Below, piece after piece: positions 60,477 to 64,000 of a stretch of DNA of 64,000 bases. Source of the DNA: an uncultured Pseudomonadota bacterium (GTDB lineage Bacteria; Desulfobacterota; Desulfobacteria; Desulfobacterales; Desulfobacteraceae); assembly GCA_937880875.1 (NCBI GenBank), contig CALGRI010000380.1:19703-83702 (forward strand), read 5' to 3'. Each line of letters begins with the position of its first letter. Position 1 is the stretch's first letter. A program made the translations under genes and the position numbers. The notes beneath the pieces were generated by a model. That model worked only from the letters and a program-made list of their open reading frames with translations. It was not told the origin of the DNA and made no database searches.

Positions 60477-62504
60477 CTATTTTTCTTCTTCCGTCAATTC
60501 TTTTACAGGCAGACTGATTGTAAATTTTGTACCTGAGCCAAATACAGACTTAAAAAAAATATTGCCATGATTCTGCTCAATATATTTTTTTACGTTGGAT
60601 AATCCATAACCAACGCCTTTAATGCCGGTTTTATAGGAACCTGTTGCATCCTTATCTCCTTTTAGTGTGAAAGAAGGTATGAAAATGTTTTTCAGCTGTT
60701 CTTTGGGGATTCCACATCCATTATCCTCAATTTCAAAACAGATATTATTATCAAGATAATCAGTTTTTATTGTTATTCTGGGATGCTCAACCATACTTAT
60801 GGCATGAATGGAGTTTTGTATCAGATTTATAAGGGCGTTTCCGATCATTCCCGGATCAGCGAACAGTTCCGGTACGCCTGTCTTATATTCCCTGATAATC
60901 TCAATTCCTTCCAGGTCTCTTTTCAATAGATTGATAACAAGATCAATTTTTTCATTAATTCTGAAAAATTCCTGCCGGGGCTCCTGGTCTCTGGCAAAGG
61001 CAACCAGATTTTTTGTTAAATGTTTCCCGCGCATGGTTTCTTTATAAACTAACTCAAGTGTCTTTTTCAGTGCGGCATCCTTACAATCCATTAGTGCGAG
61101 GTCAATATTACCCATAATAATAGTCAGCATATTATTAAAATCATGGGCTATTTTTCCTGCTATCTGGCCAACCAAAGCCATTTTTTCATTTTCACCTGCT
61201 CTTTTTTGAGCCTTTATTTTTTCTTCTTCAGCATTTTTAAGTTCAGTCATATCATGAACTACACATCTTGCACCTGTCAATTTGCCATTTTTATAAATAA
61301 AATCGTTATTTAAAAGAACACATAATTTCTGGCCGTTTTTTTTAATAATATTATATTCAACGTTGCCAGCCAGATTTTCTCCTGTAGAAAGTTTTTCAAG
61401 CCTTCCAATATATAGGTTTTTACTGTCTTCTGTTAAAAGATCCAAAGGATTTATGAATAAAAATTCTTCTTCTGAATAGCCCGTATATTTGCACATAGCC
61501 TCATTCACATTAATGAATTTGCCTTTTACTAAATCAATCTCATAAATTCCGGCTGGCGCATTCTGAAAAATGTGCCGGTATTTTTCCTCACTTTCCAGCA
61601 ATGCATCTTGCGTGCGTTTGTGGTCAATAGCAATGGCTATTTGATCAGAGACCATGGAAAGTATTTGCAGATCTTGTTCAGTGTAAAGGTTGGGATCCAA
61701 GTAACTCTGGGCAGCCACCACTCCGATAACCTCATCTTTAAGAATTAGCGGCGCTCCCATCCAGATCAGAGGCAGTGAACCCCATACACCTTTTTGGCTT
61801 GCCCGTTTTTCAAGCTGCTTTTTTTTCATTAAAACAGGGCTTCGTTGGGAAACGACTAAACCAGTTAAAGAATCCGTCATATTAAAATTTGTGATGGATG
61901 AAAAATCGTCATCCACTGTATCCACGTGATATGGGAAATTCAGGGTACATTCTTTGATATCCACAAGGGCAATAAAAAAATTGGTGACATCCATGATATT
62001 GCCTAATGAATTATGGATGGATACATAAAGATCTTCGAGATTCGGTGTGGTACTCACTGCATTTGAAATATTAAACAATGCTTTATTAATCTCTTCGGCA
62101 TGCCTGCGATCTGTGACATCCAGCATGGTCCCCGTTGCAGTAGTCCGGCCCTTATAAAGGATAGTAGATCCATAAATCTCGACATGGATAATTGCACCGT
62201 TTTTCTTTACTCCTCTGAACCCGTATTGGAGAAAGGTGACTTCTCCAGCCTCCCGTCTCCGAATCTGTTCTTCAACCAATGCCAGGTCATCTGGATGGAC
62301 GAATTCTCTAAAATGCGTTTTGTTCAGGCACTCTTCAATGGTATAGCCAAAAATATCAGCAAATTTTGGATTTACATAAACAAAACGCCCGTCTTGCATA
62401 AGATAAATCCCTACAAGTGACTGTTCTGAAAAACTATGGAATATTTCTTCAGATTCTTTCAATCCCATCTTTGCCAGTTTATTTGCCTGGTGATTGTCAT
62501 GCAT
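60477..62504 (-). CDS. PAS-GAF-PAS sensor histidine kinase
   Basis: Two PAS domains, GAF (W.GAPL....VIG...AQ), AHDFNN.L, NLIQNS, DNGCGI, G.GYGL. Confidence 0.9.
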   Translation of the reverse strand: MHDNHQANKLAKMGLKESEEIFHSFSEQSLVGIYLMQDGRFVYVNPKFADIFGYTIEECLNKTHFREFVHPDDLALVEEQIRRREAGEVTFLQYGFRGVKKNGAIIHVEIYGSTILYKGRTTATGTMLDVTDRRHAEEINKALFNISNAVSTTPNLEDLYVSIHNSLGNIMDVTNFFIALVDIKECTLNFPYHVDTVDDDFSSITNFNMTDSLTGLVVSQRSPVLMKKKQLEKRASQKGVWGSLPLIWMGAPLILKDEVIGVVAAQSYLDPNLYTEQDLQILSMVSDQIAIAIDHKRTQDALLESEEKYRHIFQNAPAGIYEIDLVKGKFINVNEAMCKYTGYSEEEFLFINPLDLLTEDSKNLYIGRLEKLSTGENLAGNVEYNIIKKNGQKLCVLLNNDFIYKNGKLTGARCVVHDMTELKNAEEEKIKAQKRAGENEKMALVGQIAGKIAHDFNNMLTIIMGNIDLALMDCKDAALKKTLELVYKETMRGKHLTKNLVAFARDQEPRQEFFRINEKIDLVINLLKRDLEGIEIIREYKTGVPELFADPGMIGNALINLIQNSIHAISMVEHPRITIKTDYLDNNICFEIEDNGCGIPKEQLKNIFIPSFTLKGDKDATGSYKTGIKGVGYGLSNVKKYIEQNHGNIFFKSVFGSGTKFTISLPVKELTEEEK

Positions 62505-62683
62505 AATATATACCCCAATAATTATTAAAAACCTCTCAATTACTGCTTTGTTTCCACCTGCAATTGAGGAAAAGTTTATTATTAAATTTACTGGGTAAAA
62601 AATCAATTTATTTTTAAAAATCTTGGATTTTAAAGTCTCTGTGGCTTTGCGTTAGTGTTTGACAACTTTTTTTATTTTTTTAT

Positions 62684-62733
62684 TTGACAAAAAATATTCA
62701 TACGTTATTATTCAAGTAATTGCTTGAATAATA
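62684..62733 (+). promoter_or_regulatory. sigma70 promoter overlapped by an ArsR-type operator palindrome
   Basis: TTGACA (62684)-N16-TATTAT; perfect 11-bp arms tattattcaag-N6-cttgaataata at 62706-62733, just before the GAGGAG RBS. Confidence 0.75.
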
Positions 62734-62748
62734 GAGGAGTAGAATACC

Positions 62749-63414
62749 ATGAACCCTAACAGGCGTTTTAAAGATGAAATATACGATCAATTTTCACGGA
62801 TCGGCAAAGCAGTTTCAAGTCCAAAACGACTGGAACTTCTGGATATTCTCTGCCAGGGGGAAAGAACCGTTGAAAACCTTGCAAATGAAACAGCCCTTAC
62901 CATTGCCAATACATCCCAACACCTCCAGGTATTAAAAAATTCCCGGCTGGTTGAACAGGAAAAAAAAGGATTGTATGTGGTTTACAGACCTGCGCCCATG
63001 GTATGCGAATTTTTTCTATCCATGCGCAAGGTTGCTGAGAATCGGATTGCAGAAATTGAACAGATTAAAAACCGCTTTCTTGAAGGCAAAAAAGGGATGG
63101 AACCCATTGACCGGAATGCATTGATAGAACGTATAAAAAATGAAGAGGTGACTATATTAGATGTCCGCCCGCCAGAAGAGTTCATGGCAGGTCACATTAG
63201 TGGCGCCCTGTCTGTACCTTTAAAACAGCTTGAGTTCATGCTGGCAAAACTCCCAAAAAACAAGGAAATTGTTGCCTATTGCAGAGGTCCTTATTGTGTC
63301 CTTTCTGTGGAGGCTGTCGAGTTGTTAAATAAAAAAGGATATCATGCTGTCCGCCTTGAAGAAGGTGTCCAAGACTGGCGTGCCATGGGACTGTCTGTGG
63401 CATCAGGTGAATAA
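62749..63414 (+). CDS. ArsR/SmtB regulator fused to a rhodanese domain
   Basis: KAVSSPKRLELL..L.QGE..VE, SQHL..LK; rhodanese LDVRP..EF..GHI.GA, AYCRGPYC, G...W...G. Confidence 0.93.
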   Translation: MNPNRRFKDEIYDQFSRIGKAVSSPKRLELLDILCQGERTVENLANETALTIANTSQHLQVLKNSRLVEQEKKGLYVVYRPAPMVCEFFLSMRKVAENRIAEIEQIKNRFLEGKKGMEPIDRNALIERIKNEEVTILDVRPPEEFMAGHISGALSVPLKQLEFMLAKLPKNKEIVAYCRGPYCVLSVEAVELLNKKGYHAVRLEEGVQDWRAMGLSVASGE

Positions 63415-63432
63415 TAATTCAAGGAAAGTCAT

Positions 63433-64000
63433 TTGAAAACGATTAAAAAGAATTTCACTGCATTGATTGTAATCTGCCTGACGATCAGTGCGTTGTGGGT
63501 TACCAATCGGGCGGTTACTCCCAAGGATGCTTCCTGGGAGGATGTGGTGGCAGAATCAGAGGCTGGTGGTTATAGCCTTATAAAAACGGATGAGCTTTGG
63601 AAAAAATACCAGGAAGACCCTGATAGCCTTTTACTTGTTGATACCCGCCAGGAGTGGGAATTTAGAACAGGACATATCAAACAAGCTGTCAATTTTCCCA
63701 TGGAACCAACCTGGCTTTCCAGGTGGCAGAAAAAAGTTTCCCTTGAAAACTTTTTAGGGCCGGATAAAAACCAGACCATTGTTTTTTACTGAGCTGGCCT
63801 GGCATGAGTCCGAAGCGACTCGGCAGCCCGTGTGGCTGTAAAACTTGGTTACACAAACATTTATCGTGACCCAATTGGCTATCCTGAATGGCATGCAAAA
63901 GGATTACCTATAAAAAGCGCTCCAGCAACAACAGCTGGTATAGACCAAACTCAAGAGGTTTCAGACTCTTCCAAAGACAATGCCTATGGCCAATTACATG
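63433..64000 (+). CDS. Membrane-anchored rhodanese-domain selenoprotein with two in-frame UGA (Sec) codons; runs off the window's right edge
   Basis: LVDTR..WEF..GHI..AVN...IVFY-TGA-AGLA-TGA-VRS...A...GY.N.Y...GYPEW...GLP; the frame stays open to 64000 and the TGAs occupy the active-site Cys positions. Confidence 0.88.
63806..63839 (+). promoter_or_regulatory. Two tandem bacterial SECIS-like hairpins
   Basis: GAGTC-CGAAGC-GACTC (63806-63821), loop 18 nt after UGA1; GCAGCC-CGTGT-GGCTGT (63823-63839), loop 21 nt after UGA2; both loops have G at position 2. Confidence 0.65.

Overview
An AT-rich bacterial window whose gene content (Hdr-like proteins, a deltaproteobacterial-type cox cluster, TrpB2, V4R regulators) suggests a sulfate-reducing Desulfobacteraceae-like organism; the taxonomy is inference. 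In order it contains: the start of a type I R-M hsdM with an upstream ParB-methyltransferase fusion; several standalone enzymes; a moxR-bat cluster; an oxygen-stress region (invertebrate-type phosphagen kinase, msrAB, and an A2-type heme-copper oxidase operon led by DUF2231 and DOMON genes, with candidate sigma54 promoters); yqeC-mocA; two ~90% identical trpB2 genes, the second in a V4R-LuxR / serA / trpB2 / serC unit; a CrbS-like symporter-kinase locus with an unusual PAS-pseudokinase-DUF294 chimera; a glpR-glpK / glpAB locus coupled to Hdr-like subunits; and an ArsR-rhodanese operon at the right edge. The two strongest leads are (1) a membrane-anchored rhodanese missed by the ORF track, which reads through two in-frame UGA codons (UxxxxU), each followed by a SECIS-like hairpin, and (2) a putative aromatic-inducible module converting indole plus O-phosphoserine to tryptophan. 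No rRNA, tRNA, CRISPR array or intact transposase was recognised. All family assignments come from motif recognition by eye, not from database searches.
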